DNA from: Fonticula alba ATCC 38817
Lineage: Eukaryota > Protista > Nucleariida
NCBI GenBank assembly: GCA_000388065.2
Contig: KB932202.1
DNA: 64,000 nt
Reading direction: 5' to 3' (one strand)
A model generated the notes under the pieces. The model did not search any database. It saw nothing but the letters and a program-made list of their open reading frames with translations, and had not been told where the DNA came from. The position numbers and the translations under genes were made by a program. How positions within the stretch are numbered: the first letter of the stretch is position 1; each line of letters opens with the position of its first letter. Shown here in pieces: positions 1-12,400 of this stretch.

Positions 1-3000
1 CATAGGTCCGCGTAAACACGGCCAAGCGAAGCATGTCAGCAGATTGTCAAGCGTACCTTGGCCGATGTTTCCTCCAAGAGGAGAAGCGAGTGCAGCTCAT
101 TCAAAATGTGCCCAGGCAGGGAGAGGGCCACACTCAAGGAGTACAGAGAGGGCGGAGTGGTTGCTTGGGCGGACTGTGGTGGCCACCGAGGCCGAGGAGC
201 AAGAGACAAGGATGGTCAGCAGGCGCATAGCAAGCGGCTGTTCGGGGGAGGAATGGAGAGGGGGGGGGAGGTGGGCGAGCGGGGGGGAAAAAAAAAGAGA
301 CAAAGAAGGCACACGCGAACCTTGCGAGCTAGGCTCCGCATGAGCGTCGCGATGTTATTCGACACGAAGTTCCCCCCCGGCTCGATGGACGTCAGGCGAA
401 TGCCATAGTCCTCCATGACGAAGGCCGCGCCAGAGGGCAACGAGTCGAAGGGACTGAACAGTGCCCCGGCCGGGATGGCCGTGGCTGATGCCCCGCCGGA
501 ATCCGGCACCCGAGCCAGCAAGCGGAATCGGGCTCCCGGCGGGTGGTGCAGCAACAGCTCTTGCTGGGCCTGCCCCGGCTTTGGGATGGTCAATGCCAGG
601 GTGGCCGATGTCACGGCGGATCCCGCGCCCGGGGGCCTCTCCGGGTCGTGGCTCTCGCGCAGCCGAACGGATCCATCGATGGAATTAAAGTCCATCTTGG
701 TCTGGAAAGGAACAAAAGCATCCGCCGCCGCCCCACCATCACCAGGAGACAATGCATCGTGGAGCCACAGCAGGAAGAAGGGAACATGGTCGATGTTAGT
801 GGCGCAATCCAGGCAGGAAAGCCCCCCCCCCCTTCACCCTGACCGGTCAAAACGCACGCCATCCAGGAGGATGGAGATGTCCTCGAGGGAGTAGAAGCGC
901 TGGACGCCCCAGTTTGTGAAAGAAAGCAGCCTCTTCAGCAAGTCGAAGAGGGAATCCCCGTCACCACGACCGGCGGACGGCGGCGGTGAGGAGTGTGAAA
1001 AGATGTTCCGTGGAAGGTATTCGGCCGGGACCATCTCCAAGTCGGCATTGGCACCATGCTTCACGGCGCCGGCCGCCAGTCGGGGATCGGACGTGGACAA
1101 GTCCGAAGCCATGAAATCCGGTCGCAGGCGGATCTGCAGGGGAGCTGACAGATGCTGTAGAACCTGGTGACTGAGAGTGTCCTCTGTTGTGGGTTTTTTT
1201 TTCGGCCCCAGCGGGAGGGACAGCGAAAGGATAGCGGCATGTCAAGATCGGAGCAGGAGGGACCCGGCGAGAGGGAAGTGAAATGAAGGGCCAGGCAGCC
1301 CCCATGGAGCGTGTGCATATGCCGGAAGCATGGGTCCTTGTGGTGGACACGCCGGGGGACATGCGCGTACCGTAGGGAATCGAGTTTTGTGTCACATTCG
1401 GCGATGGCCGGGGCGTTTGCAGGATGGTCCGCAGGCCCGGCAGTGACCGGAAAAGGCCGACATCGGTGGTGGTCGACCGGAGGACGGACTTGATCCGCTC
1501 GCCGGACAAGAACGACGGAAGGGGCTGCCGCTGTTTGCTGGACGAGATGAAGCGCCGGTTCATGCGCGACCCCGGCGACTGACCGGGGATACCCTGGACC
1601 AGCACCAGCGCCGGCTTTAGCTCTTGCGAGTCGAAGTACGGATCCCACACAGATGGCCCGAATGCATTGAGCATGGACGGGCTGACCGAGGCCACGGCAT
1701 CGTGCAGGCGCACGGTCACCCGGCCGCCAAGAGCATCCAAAGCCGGGGCCCCGGGCTGACGCAGGCGGTTCAGCAATTCCCCACTTGCAGCCGAGCCAAG
1801 CGGTCCATTGTAAAAGCCCCCCTCAACCAGGATGTCCAAATCCAGGCGAATGTGCGGGCCAAGCCAAAGTCGCACATGCAGTGGCGACGGGGCTCGGGCC
1901 TCGAAGCGGAAATACATCCCATGCGTGACGCTGGTCCGCAGGACGAGCGCCGCATGAGCCAGCGGCAGGGCACGGGCCCCAGGACTCCCGGCCAGCGGGG
2001 GAACCGTCGCGGTGGCCGGATCGAAGCTCAGAGCCCCCGGCGCTCGCAGAGGGAAGGATGGATGCGCCGGAGCCGAGGACAAAACCCGAGCAAAGGCGCC
2101 GGACCCGGTCGCCGCACCCACCCACGTGGCATACCCCGCGGCCGATGTCGGCACAAGACCTCCCTGCAAAGAGTCACCAAGCTGAGCGAAGGCCACCGCC
2201 TGCTCCAGCCGGCCGAGGGCCGCATATACAGGCTCAACAGTGCAAGCAATCTTCACCGGGAGCGGCGGCGGGGGCGGGGGCGGGGGCGGGGGAGGGGGAG
2301 GGGGAGGGTAACCGAGTGAGCATGTGGACATACGAAAGGAGGTTGCCTCTCCCGTGCCCGGGAGCAGGGGAGAGGAAGGGAAGGGATATCCGAGAGATGT
2401 TGCGGCGGGGAGCCGTCGTTTCGAGGACATACCTCGATGACATTCGCCAAAGGGGTGGCCAGGGCACCACTCGCCGCGCCCGAAGCCATGGCATCAGCAA
2501 GGGACTTCCGCGAAAAGGCCAGAATTGGCTCCAGCAATGGAAGCACCATGTCCAGGTAATGGCCATCTGAGGAGGACGAGGAGGAGGAACCCGGGAGCGG
2601 ATCCGGGTCTCCGACCGTACGCGGACGCTTGGCCGCCGAGGGAGAGCCATCCACGAGCCGGCGCTTGCCTGGTACGCCGACATCCTCCCCGAGGGTCGGC
2701 GCGACAGCCAGGCGGAAGCGCACCTCGGTTTCAGTGACTTCCGGCACAAGAGTCAGCACCGTGGCCACCAGGGGCACCGAATCGAGGCTCGGACTTGGCG
2801 GAGCCCGGACTCGGGGCACGCTCACCGAGAGGACTGGTCCGGCGAAGCGGACAGCGGCCCAGGAACGGCGGACCCGCCGTCCATGAGGGGTCCCCTCGGC
2901 GCAGTCCCACTGATCCGGGAAGGAGAGCTGCCCGCCGGTCAGCACCGGCAGGCGGCGCAGCCACCGGGGGAACCCAGGCCCGGAGGTGGTCGGATCGGCC

Positions 3001-5436
3001 ACCACCTTGAGGTCAGATGATGCAGGCACCACGGCATCGACATCCATCTCAGCCAGGGCCAGGCCACACACAAGCGCCGCCATGCAGAGCGATGACCGAT
3101 ATGCTTCGAAGAAGGCCACCAGCCCCTCGGCATCCTCCACCGCCACAGGGGGGAAGCGCAGATACGGCTGCTCAAAGCCGGCCGTCACCAATGTGGGAGC
3201 GATGGCATGCGGCTCGACGACGGTGGAAAGCAACCGCTGCAACTGCCGACGCGACTGGTCGGTCCACAAGCGTGGATGCACCAAAGCCGCCCCGGCCACG
3301 AGGCTGATTCGCCCACACCCGGCCAGGCCGCCCGCGCGGCCGGTCGACTGCACATGCACCTCCAGGGGTCCAATCAGGCCGGCCTGGGCAATGAGCCCCG
3401 AGGCCCGGTCCTGGAGCTCCTCGATGTGGCCTGCCTCGCGGCCGGGCGACTGCTGCCGGACCAGGCGCTGGATCATGACGCGCACCTCCGGCGGGTAGCA
3501 CAGCAGGGCCATCCCTCCCACCAAGTCGCCCAGCTGACCAAGCAGCCCATGAAAGCGGAAGACCCCGGCCGCGTGGTGGTCTTGCTCCGACAGGTGGAAG
3601 GTCTCGCGCGTGGAGGGCCCCGGCTCGGGGCCATCCTTCACCCCGGCAAGCAGGGTCCCGGCCGGCAAGCTCGGGACCACGGTCGAAGAGACTGTCGTCG
3701 CCACGACCGGGGCTCGCGAGGCGGTGACCGCACCAGTGGCATCCGGAGGACCGGGACTCCGGCCTACCCGCGCGTAGATCCCCTCATGGCCGGCATCGAG
3801 CCAATCAGCCAGAGCCCGGGGAATGGAGCGCACACCGCGCGCGACCGCGGCTGCCGTCAGGGCATCCCGGCCAATCAGGCAGCAGGCCGCCCGTGCCCAG
3901 AGGGAGAATCGCCGGCGAAGAGCCTGATCCGGGGCCGATGCATGGGTGGCTTCGCCAGCCGAGTGGTCCACCAATCCCTGGGCCAGCAGCTGGACGGTCT
4001 GCTGCACGCGCAGCACCCCAGCACCCGGACCATTGGCAATGACCCGGAGCAGAAAGGCCCGCTCAGTCGGCCGGTCAATGTGATGCACCGCGAGCCAGTA
4101 CTCCGGATACCGGCGGAAGCGCAAGAACAGCTGATCCCCCACCGGGTCCAATTCCTCCGGCAGCGGGACCTCCACCTGAGGCAGCAAATGCGCCACACTC
4201 TCAAGGCCCAGCTCGGTGGTAATGTGATCCACATAGTCGCGCAGCGTTCGCCGGCGGAGGCTCATCAGCTGGGCGACCACCGCACTGGCCCAGGCATCGC
4301 GCTCTGGTCCGGCGCGGCTCATCATCGTCGAGAAGGGCACCTTCGACAGGACCACCCCCGGCCCTTGGGGGGTGATTCCAGGACCGGCGACAGCCCGCCC
4401 GGATGTGCCAGCCGCCTGCGACTCGGGTCCGGGGCCTGCCGGTCCAGGAGCCAGGCCCCCGGCATTGGCGCCGGCTCCGGTGGCCAGGACCTTGTCACCA
4501 TTGAGGGCCGCCTCGACTTGGGCCACATCGCGCAGGAGACGCCGGCGCTCGGAGCCAGCCAGCACCAGGGTCACACGGCCGGTGGTCGGCTCCACCGAGA
4601 TGTCCAGAGTCCGGTGCTCGTAGAGATGCACATGGAGCGACACCCGCCGGCCGGGACCCGACACCTCCATGCCATTGGCCTCGCTGCGGGAGCCAGCAGC
4701 CTGGTTGCCGGCAAGCCCGGAGGCCACGCGATCCTCGCAAACAATGACATCCTTCCGATCAAAGGCCAGGCCGGCATGCTCACGCAGCCGACCACCAAGC
4801 GGGTTGATCAGCATTTGCCGCAGGGCATGGATCAGCCCGACGCACTGGTCTCCAACCACGCGCCGCAACACACGCTCCATGCTCAGCTGGCCATTGGTCG
4901 GGGACAGGTCGAACTCCGGCCCGGAGAGGGTGCGCACGCGAGACAAAGAGGCAGGCCCGGCACCGGCGGAGGGTCCCACACCAGAACCGCCAAGTCCCCC
5001 GGGTCCATGGCGTCGTGCTGCGCGCAGCACACGCTCCACCGCCTCGGCGGAATCGGCATTCGATGTGTGGCGAGGACCGCCGCGCAAGGGGGCCACGCCC
5101 TCCCGCTCGTGATCGGCCTCGCTTTCCCCGTCATCGCTGCAGTCGCTCAGACCATCGTCGTCGCTGTTCTCTTCACCGTCACCTTCATCCTCATCACCAT
5201 CGCTGGCGGTTGTCCAGCCGGGCCCGACCTCGTTGCTGGAGGTGACCCCGGCCAGGGGCTTGGCCCCGGGCGCGGGAGTCATGTTGCCACGGTCGCCGGG
5301 CGGCGCCTGTGTGACATGCTCCAGCACCAAGCGGATGCTGTGGTTCGACAGGGCAGCCACATCTGTCGAGAGGAGGGAGGAGGGGGGAGGGAGGAGGGGG
5401 AGGGAGGAGGGGGAGATGACAAGTGTGTGCGTGCGC

Positions 5437-5467
<31 letters not shown>

Positions 5468-8391
5468 AGTCGTACAGAGGGGGCGAGGCGAGGAATAGGC
5501 CGGTGATCAGCAATCCAAAGCAGTCTTCAAGTACCAAGGACTTCCATTGACAGAGGCGAGGCGCCCGCCCCGGCGAGGGTCCCATCGCTCGGGCTGGCAG
5601 CCCCCGCCGGGGGGCAATAGGCTGTCGAAAGGGCAAGCTGGAGGGGCTTCGGCTGGTCGATGCGAATGATGAGCGTATGGTGGCAGGAGGCTCCGCGCGC
5701 GCTGGCTTGCCCGCTGTGACTTCCTCGCATGGGCAGCAGGCCATCACCAGCCTTGCGCTCACTGAGACAGGCAGGGGAGGAGGGTTAAAGGGGCGAAGAT
5801 GATGTGGCCAGTGCGACAGAGGGAGAGACAGAGACAGGGAGGGGAGAGAGAGAGAGAGAGAGGCAGGAAAACCCCAGCAGAGGAGGCGACAGAGCCCAGC
5901 CAAGGTGGTGAAGGACACACGCACACCCAATAGCGAATGCCAAGGCGCTTGACCGATGACCCGCCAAGCGGTCCGGCCCGGCCGGCATCCAGGGCCCGGG
6001 CCGACGTCGGCTCCAGAGCTCGCTTGGGCCCGGCTGGGCCGCTGTCCCCCGAGGGGAAGGCCGAGTCCCCATCCAGGTCCAGGTCAATGCGCCACCCTTG
6101 CGCAGCCAGGCCGTATGCCTGGAAGCGCAGGATCCGGATGTACATGATCATGCAGAGCAGGGCTAGGCGGTGAACCACCCGAAGCGGGTCCACGTGTCAG
6201 TGAGAAAGAAGGACCGGCCGGCCCACGCAGCAAATGGACAGGAAAAGGGCAGACCGAGAGCAGCGAGAGACAGGAGGGAGGAAGGAATGCCGACGCACTG
6301 AGCTCGTGATAAATGACGGCGATCGAAGCCCGGAAGTGGGCCGGAGTCACCGACAGCGATGCATCGATGAGATGCGCGTAATTCAGCTCATTCAGTTCCG
6401 GGATCGGAACCTCCGACGGTAGGCGGTTATTCCCCAGCAGGCGAATCCGCGCGGTGAAGTACTTGGCCAGGTTTTGGCACTGATTCGGGGGGAGCAAATG
6501 CACTGGAAAGGGGGATCAGCAGCGAAGCCAGGAGGAGATGAGGCCACCGGGAGGGAGCACGAACGAACCTTGCCGTGCGGGAGGGAATGCCTTGGTGCCC
6601 TTGGTCGTGGCACCCGATGCGGTGTGGCCTACGCTGCCGGTGGTGCTGGCCCCGGCACCGGCAGAGAGCCCATCACGCGAGCCCGACTGGCCGGGGGTCT
6701 TGCGTTTGGCGGTCGCGGATCGGCCGTCGGCCGCGGCCTCGACATCCATGGTGAACCACAGCCGATCGATGCGCCACGGCAGGGATGAATGGACAGGGTC
6801 CAGGCTGAGCTTCATCCGGAAGAGGCCTGGTGCTTCGAAGGTGGCCGATCCACGGCGCATGCTGACAAATTGCAGCCCCGGTGGGAGGATGGACTCGGCC
6901 AGGCGCCGGCGGAGAACCACCGTCACTGTGGCATTCACCAGTAGCAAGCGTTCCCGTGTTAGGGACTGGGCCAAGTCCTCCTGGAAAGTGGGAACTGACA
7001 TGATCGGAAGCAGGACATTCGATCCCAGGGAGGGGGCCAGCACCGATGGGGAGCCGACGAAGTTTTCCTGCGACAATTTGCGGGTCAGTCGGAGGGACAT
7101 ATGCTTGTTGGGGGGTTTTCCAAGTAGCGAGGGGGGAAAACGAAGGGAAGAGAGAGAGAGAGGGAGGGAGGGAGGGGGAGCAAATGCAAGGAGGAGCAAA
7201 CACCGCCGGGCCGATGGTGATGGATGCCCGGAGGCCAAAAGAGGGAGATGAAGCGTACCCGCACGAAAGCCGGGAACGTGGGATGCCCCGAGCCAGCCAA
7301 CACATCTACGGCCGTCTCCACGTCATAGTGTGGCACGCTGAGTTGCCAGGTGGCGAATGGGGAGCAAAGAGAGCGACGCTCAGTTGTCAGGAGGACGGCA
7401 ACAGACGGGAGGGAAACAGGCACCATGAAGGAGGAGGAGGGGGGGGGNNNNNNNNNNNNNNNNNNNNNNNNNNNNGGGGCGACACGCACCGCATCTGCTG
7501 AGACCGGGTGTTTACCTGGTGAAGTAGATCAGCTGTCATGGCAAACACCGTGCTATGGTGCGAGAGGGTCGATGCATGCTCCTACGGGCGGGTCACAATT
7601 TGGCGAGTGAGGGGACAGAGCAGCCAGGCAGGAGAAGGCAAGGTCGCCAGGAGGGGGAGAAAGGAAGAAGTGGCAAACGAAGGAGGAAAGACACGCACAC
7701 GGCACTCGACCACAGTTGGCAAACGCAGAGGCTCGACATCCGGCGGGGCATCCTCCACCATGGGAGTCTGCAGTGTGTCACCCTCTGGGTGGGTGTCGGT
7801 GACCTCCGCAGTGAGAGTGGCCGGCTCGCGAGTAACCTCGGGAGCTGGCTGGGTCTCAACCAGGGAGGCCGCCTGGCCGTTGTCAGGCCCGGCAGCCCAA
7901 CGGACAGCCACCGCCAGCCGGGCGATGTTCAACCGTTGGTGCGCCATCACCGCCCGCAGGGCCGTGATGCGCGCATCGTTGGCCGGGCTATGCAGACCAC
8001 GCAGAGGGAGAGAGAGAGAGAGAGAGAGGGAAAGCCATGTGCACGCGTGTCCATGCATACACGCAAACACCAATACAAGCACACACTTGGTCAGCCGGCG
8101 TCCAAAGGGAGAAGAAAAGAAACAAGAGCAACGCCGGCAGGCAACGCACTCGACTACCCCGGCAGTTGGCGTCCCGACAACCGGCGACGATGTGCCAGCC
8201 TGGGCCTCATTCTGGAGCCGGCCCGCCTGGAGGAGACGCACTGCCTGGCTCTGAATGGTGGCCAGGGTGCTGTCGATAATTGGCCGGAGTTGAACCGTGT
8301 CCCCATTGGCCAGGCCCCCGGGTGCCAGACCCGATGATGCCATCATTGACGGTGGTCCATGGGGATGTTGATGACCTGGCTGGGGAAACAT
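1..8391 (-). CDS. MED14: Mediator complex subunit 14, multi-exon; 3' end lies beyond window position 1
   Basis: Successive minus-strand exons give MED14-like motifs: RITALRAVMAHQRLNIARLAVAVRWA, HYDVETAVDVLAGSGHPTFP, LRRRLAESILPPGLQFVSMRRGSATFEAPGLFRMKLSL..WR, LSMERVLRR, LDISVEPTTGRVTLVL, QLFLRFRRYPEYWLAV. Probable ATG at 8391 (MFPQPGHQ). Exons join through GT..AG introns, e.g. donor GTATGT at 2432 and acceptor near 2251 into IACTVEPVY. The leftmost visible exon ends LLLEETSAK followed by GTACGC near position 55. Confidence 0.85.
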
Positions 8392-8698
8392 CTCGGTCTC
8401 GGAAAAGATCTCCCTCGCTCGAACGCTGCTTTTCAATGGCGCCAGACCGTGTCGATCTCGCCTCCGGCGGGGACCACGGCGGCGTGTCTCGCTCACGCGG
8501 GCGGGGCACTCGAGGCGCGGCGCGGTCACGAATGGAAGGGACGGGCGGGGTGGNNNNNNNNNNNNNNNNNNNNNNNNNNNNNNNNNNNNNNNNNNNNNNN
8601 NNNNNNNNNNNNNNNNNNNNNNNNNNNNNNNNNNNNNNNNNNNNNNNNNNNNNNNNNNNNNNNNNNNNNNNNNNNNNNNNNNNNNNNNNNNNNNNNNN

Positions 8699-8742
<44 letters not shown>
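8699..8742. repeat. Poly-G tract abutting an assembly gap upstream of MED14
   Basis: 44 G next to the N run 8554-8698. Confidence 0.8.
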
Positions 8743-8743
<1 letters not shown>

Positions 8744-9405
8744 AGCCAGACAAGAGGGGATGAGACGAGAGGGATAAGGCCGGACTTTGTGGTTCATGGC
8801 CCAAGGGCGATGCCGAAAAAGGTCGAGAAAGCCTGACCGGTCTCCATCCCTCCCCCGCCCCGCCCCCTGCCGGCCCCCGATGCCGACCCACACACCAAGC
8901 CTGAGAGGGTCGGCCGTTGCGCGCTAATTCACGCGCGAAGGCGCCCGTGCCCATGCGAGACCAGCTCCCCAGCCCCATCCATCGGCCAAGCCCGCCCACG
9001 GTCTAGGTGGCGGCTTTAGTGGATGCGCGAGGGTCCGCGGAAGAAACCGCCTGCCGCGGACCGAGGGCGCCAAAAAAAAAAGAAGAAAAAAAGGGCGCGC
9101 ACAAGTCCCCACCAGGTGCCAGAGACATTTGCCGCGGTAGCTAGCGAGCGTGGGCATATGAGGGGACGTGATCCAAAAGCACCTTCACCATGAGCGGTAA
9201 CACGTTCAGGTTGCCAGGAGGGCGTGATCTTGGCGTCGCGTGTGCCAGCGCATTTCCGGTCTGCTTGTGGCCTATATTTTTGTCCCGCGCGCGTGTACGT
9301 GTGCGTGTGTGTGTGCGCGTAGGCCTACACATGTGGGCTCGGGTGGTATTTTGAACAGGGAAGTGGAGGATACACTGAGAAGGCCCCGGCTGCTCGCATC
9401 GCCAC

Positions 9406-12400
9406 TCACCGCCGGTGGTAGTGGTGAGGGATGCGATCGCCGGCAACCGCGGTCGCGGCCCCGAGAGGAGGCGTGTTGGCGGCCGCCGGGCCGTAGTAGG
9501 CGCCAGTGGCCGTTGTCGCGGCGGCGGCGGCGGCCGCCGCTGCCGCCGTGGGGATCATGCTCTTGAGTTGGCCGAAGGCCGATTTGTACTTGGAAATCTT
9601 CCCCTTTAGCCGGGCATTCTCCTCGAGAATGCGCTCCAGCTCGTCGGCCTGCGAACGAGCCTAGAACATGGCAGCGATGCGGAGAGGAGATGGCCAGAGA
9701 AGGAGGAGGAGGGGCGGAGGGAGGAGGCTGTCAGAGGATGAAGCAAGCAGGATGAACACAGCAGACGGATGCACGCACCTTCTGTGAAGGGACGACGACC
9801 TCCTCACGTGGCCCTGGGACATGGAGGTGAGTTGTCCATGCCACCGGACTCCCAGCAGGTAGGCTGGCATTTGCTGATGTGGCGGCGGTGGCGGTGGCGG
9901 CGGCGGCGGCGGCGTTGGCGCTGCTTGAGCTGGGAATTTGAGTGACAACCGCCGCCGGGGGCGTAAAGGGCCCGAAGCTCGCAGACCCCGCCGGCAGGTC
10001 AAGGCCCCCGGAAAGCACCGGCGCCGGGAGGAGCTGAGACACCCGCTCGCGCAGGAACTTGTTCTGGTGGGTCAACTCGGCCACCGCCGCTTGGAGGATG
10101 AGGGTTTTACGCAAGACGGTCGGCAGGTACTGTTGGACCTGCGCCGGAGACAGCTGGCTCAAATGCGCGCGCATTTGAGCCAAGTCCTCCGAGGAGACAT
10201 CCATTCCAACGAGCCGGGCTCGGTCGCGCATCAAGCGAACCAGGCCCTGAAGGTACTGCACACTTTGCGCCGTGAGCCGGAAGAAAGACCGCAGGGCGAT
10301 TACCACGCCGGAGGTGAGCTGTCCGCGGAAGGGGGCCAGCGCCGAGGCCAGAGCCTCCGTCCCGCCGGGCCAGCTCAAGCCATCCGGGCTCAGGGCCTCG
10401 ACAATATGCCGAGCGAAGTCCGCCGGATTGCACACTGTCTGGACCACCTGCTCGGCAATCTGCGACATTGTCCCCTCCACGGCCTCGGCATCACCGAAGT
10501 CCAACAGCAAAAGCTGATCCTCCAGCGTCGATTCCACAGGAACCCCCACGGATGAGCCGCAGCCGGCACACGAACCAACACCAGCAGAGGCAGTGGCAGT
10601 CACCGGGGCAGGGGCCGAAGTCAAATGGGCAGCAGGGGCAAGGGAACTCGGGCGATTGGCCGGCGCATCGGCCGCCGGGAAGAGCCGGTCGAAGAGCGCG
10701 CGCGCGCGCTCCTCCACCGAGTCCATCTGCCAAGGGATCGCGGCCGGGGCTGATGCATGGCCGGCGGCGGCCGGCCCGCTGGAGGTGGGCAAGGGCCCCG
10801 TCGCCATCGTCGATCCGACAGCCGCACCCGCGGGCGTGGCCGCGGGCGTGGCCGCCGTGTGAACGCCTGGGCCAGATGCTCCGGCGAGGCCGCCAGCAAA
10901 GAGCCGCGCCAGGGCTGGGTCCACCTGACGCTGGACGCCGGCCGAGCGAAGCTCCGCCAAGACACCCTGCAGCGAGAGCCCCGACACCAGCAGGGCCTGC
11001 GGAGCAGCCAGCAGGACCAAGCCCCGAGCCGGGGTAGCGCCCCCGCGCCCGGGCCCGGACACCAATGCATCCAAATGCAACGACTGCAGGCAATCCGCCA
11101 CCTCCGCGCATGATGCCGGGCGATCGTGCAGGGGAGTACGACCCCCCACAACACTGGGATCCCCACCGCTCCGGCCAACAGACCAATCCAGCAGACTGGT
11201 GGCAATCGACAGCAGGAAGAGCAGCAGCCCGGTCGAGGGGCCGGCCGTGGTGCCGGCGACCACCGGAGTGGCCTCCATCCCGGCCGGCGCCTCCAGGGCA
11301 GCCGGCCGCCGTGACCCCTGATGCAGCGCCAGGACCAGCTGAAATTGCGCCTCCTTCAGCTTGTCCGACACTTGAGCCAGCTCACGATCGACCTCTCGCA
11401 GCCGGGCCAGCTCCTCGGACTGTTGCTGATTCTGCTGACGCAAATGACTCAATTCCAGGCGCTGGAGCTGGCTGGTTTGCTCGGCGGCCGCCTGATTGGC
11501 CGCCTGGCCCGAGCGTTGCTGCACCAGGCTCGACAGGAGCTGCCCCATGCGAGCATGCTTGTCCTGCAGGGAGGCCATCTCGGCAGCCAGGCTGCGCGAC
11601 CGGGCCGTCACTTCCTCGGCCTTGGTGGTGGCCAAGTCGGCGCAGGTGGTCAATTCGCGCTTTTGATCTTCCAGCAAGTGCACCTGCCCGAAGAGGGCCT
11701 GCTGTTCACGCTGCATCCCGGCATGGAGATGCCGGAGTTGGACCAAATCCTCCTGGAGCTGCTCGTTGCGCTGGCGAAGTTGCGCCATCTCGGCCAGGGC
11801 GGCATCGCGCGCACGCGCCGCCTCCTGATGGTTTGCGGCCGCATCGCGCGCCAACCGCAGGGCACCCTCCAGCCGGTGGCCAGACAGTAGCAGCCCTTGG
11901 ATTTGGGCCTCCCGACGGGCCAGCTGCTGCCGGGCCCCACCGAGAGCCTCCCGCAGCAGGGACAATTCCCCGGCGAAGTTGTCTCGCAAAAGTTGCACCA
12001 CCGGCCGGTCGGCCTCCCGGGCCAGGGCCATGCGTTCGAGGTCCGCCTGTGTTCCGCGCAAAAGTTGCCCCTGCTGTGTGAGGCTCGCTTCCAGCTGCCG
12101 AATTCGAGCATCCTGCCGATCCAGGGTGAACTGTTGGAGTTGATTTTGCAGGCGCAGCTCGGTCAATGCCTCGCTGGCTTGCTCATCCAGGGCCACTTGC
12201 CGCTGGGCGATCTCCAACTCCTGGGCCTGGGCTGCCTGTGCTCGACGGTGTTCGGCCGCCAGACGCCGCTCCAGGCATGCTACCTTGCTTGTCAGCGCGT
12301 CGGCCAGATCTCGGTGTAGCCGTGCTGCCCGGGCCACCGGATCGTTGGTGCCCACGGAGAAGTCGACGGTCGGGCGCAAGCCTGCCACATTCACGGGTCC

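Noticed and set aside
3207-5468. Long antisense ORFs (e.g. 3207..5468 +, 16326..19001 -, 31977..34082 +, 40369..42597 +)
   Set aside because: Shadow ORFs opposite real GC3-rich coding exons; expected at this GC content.
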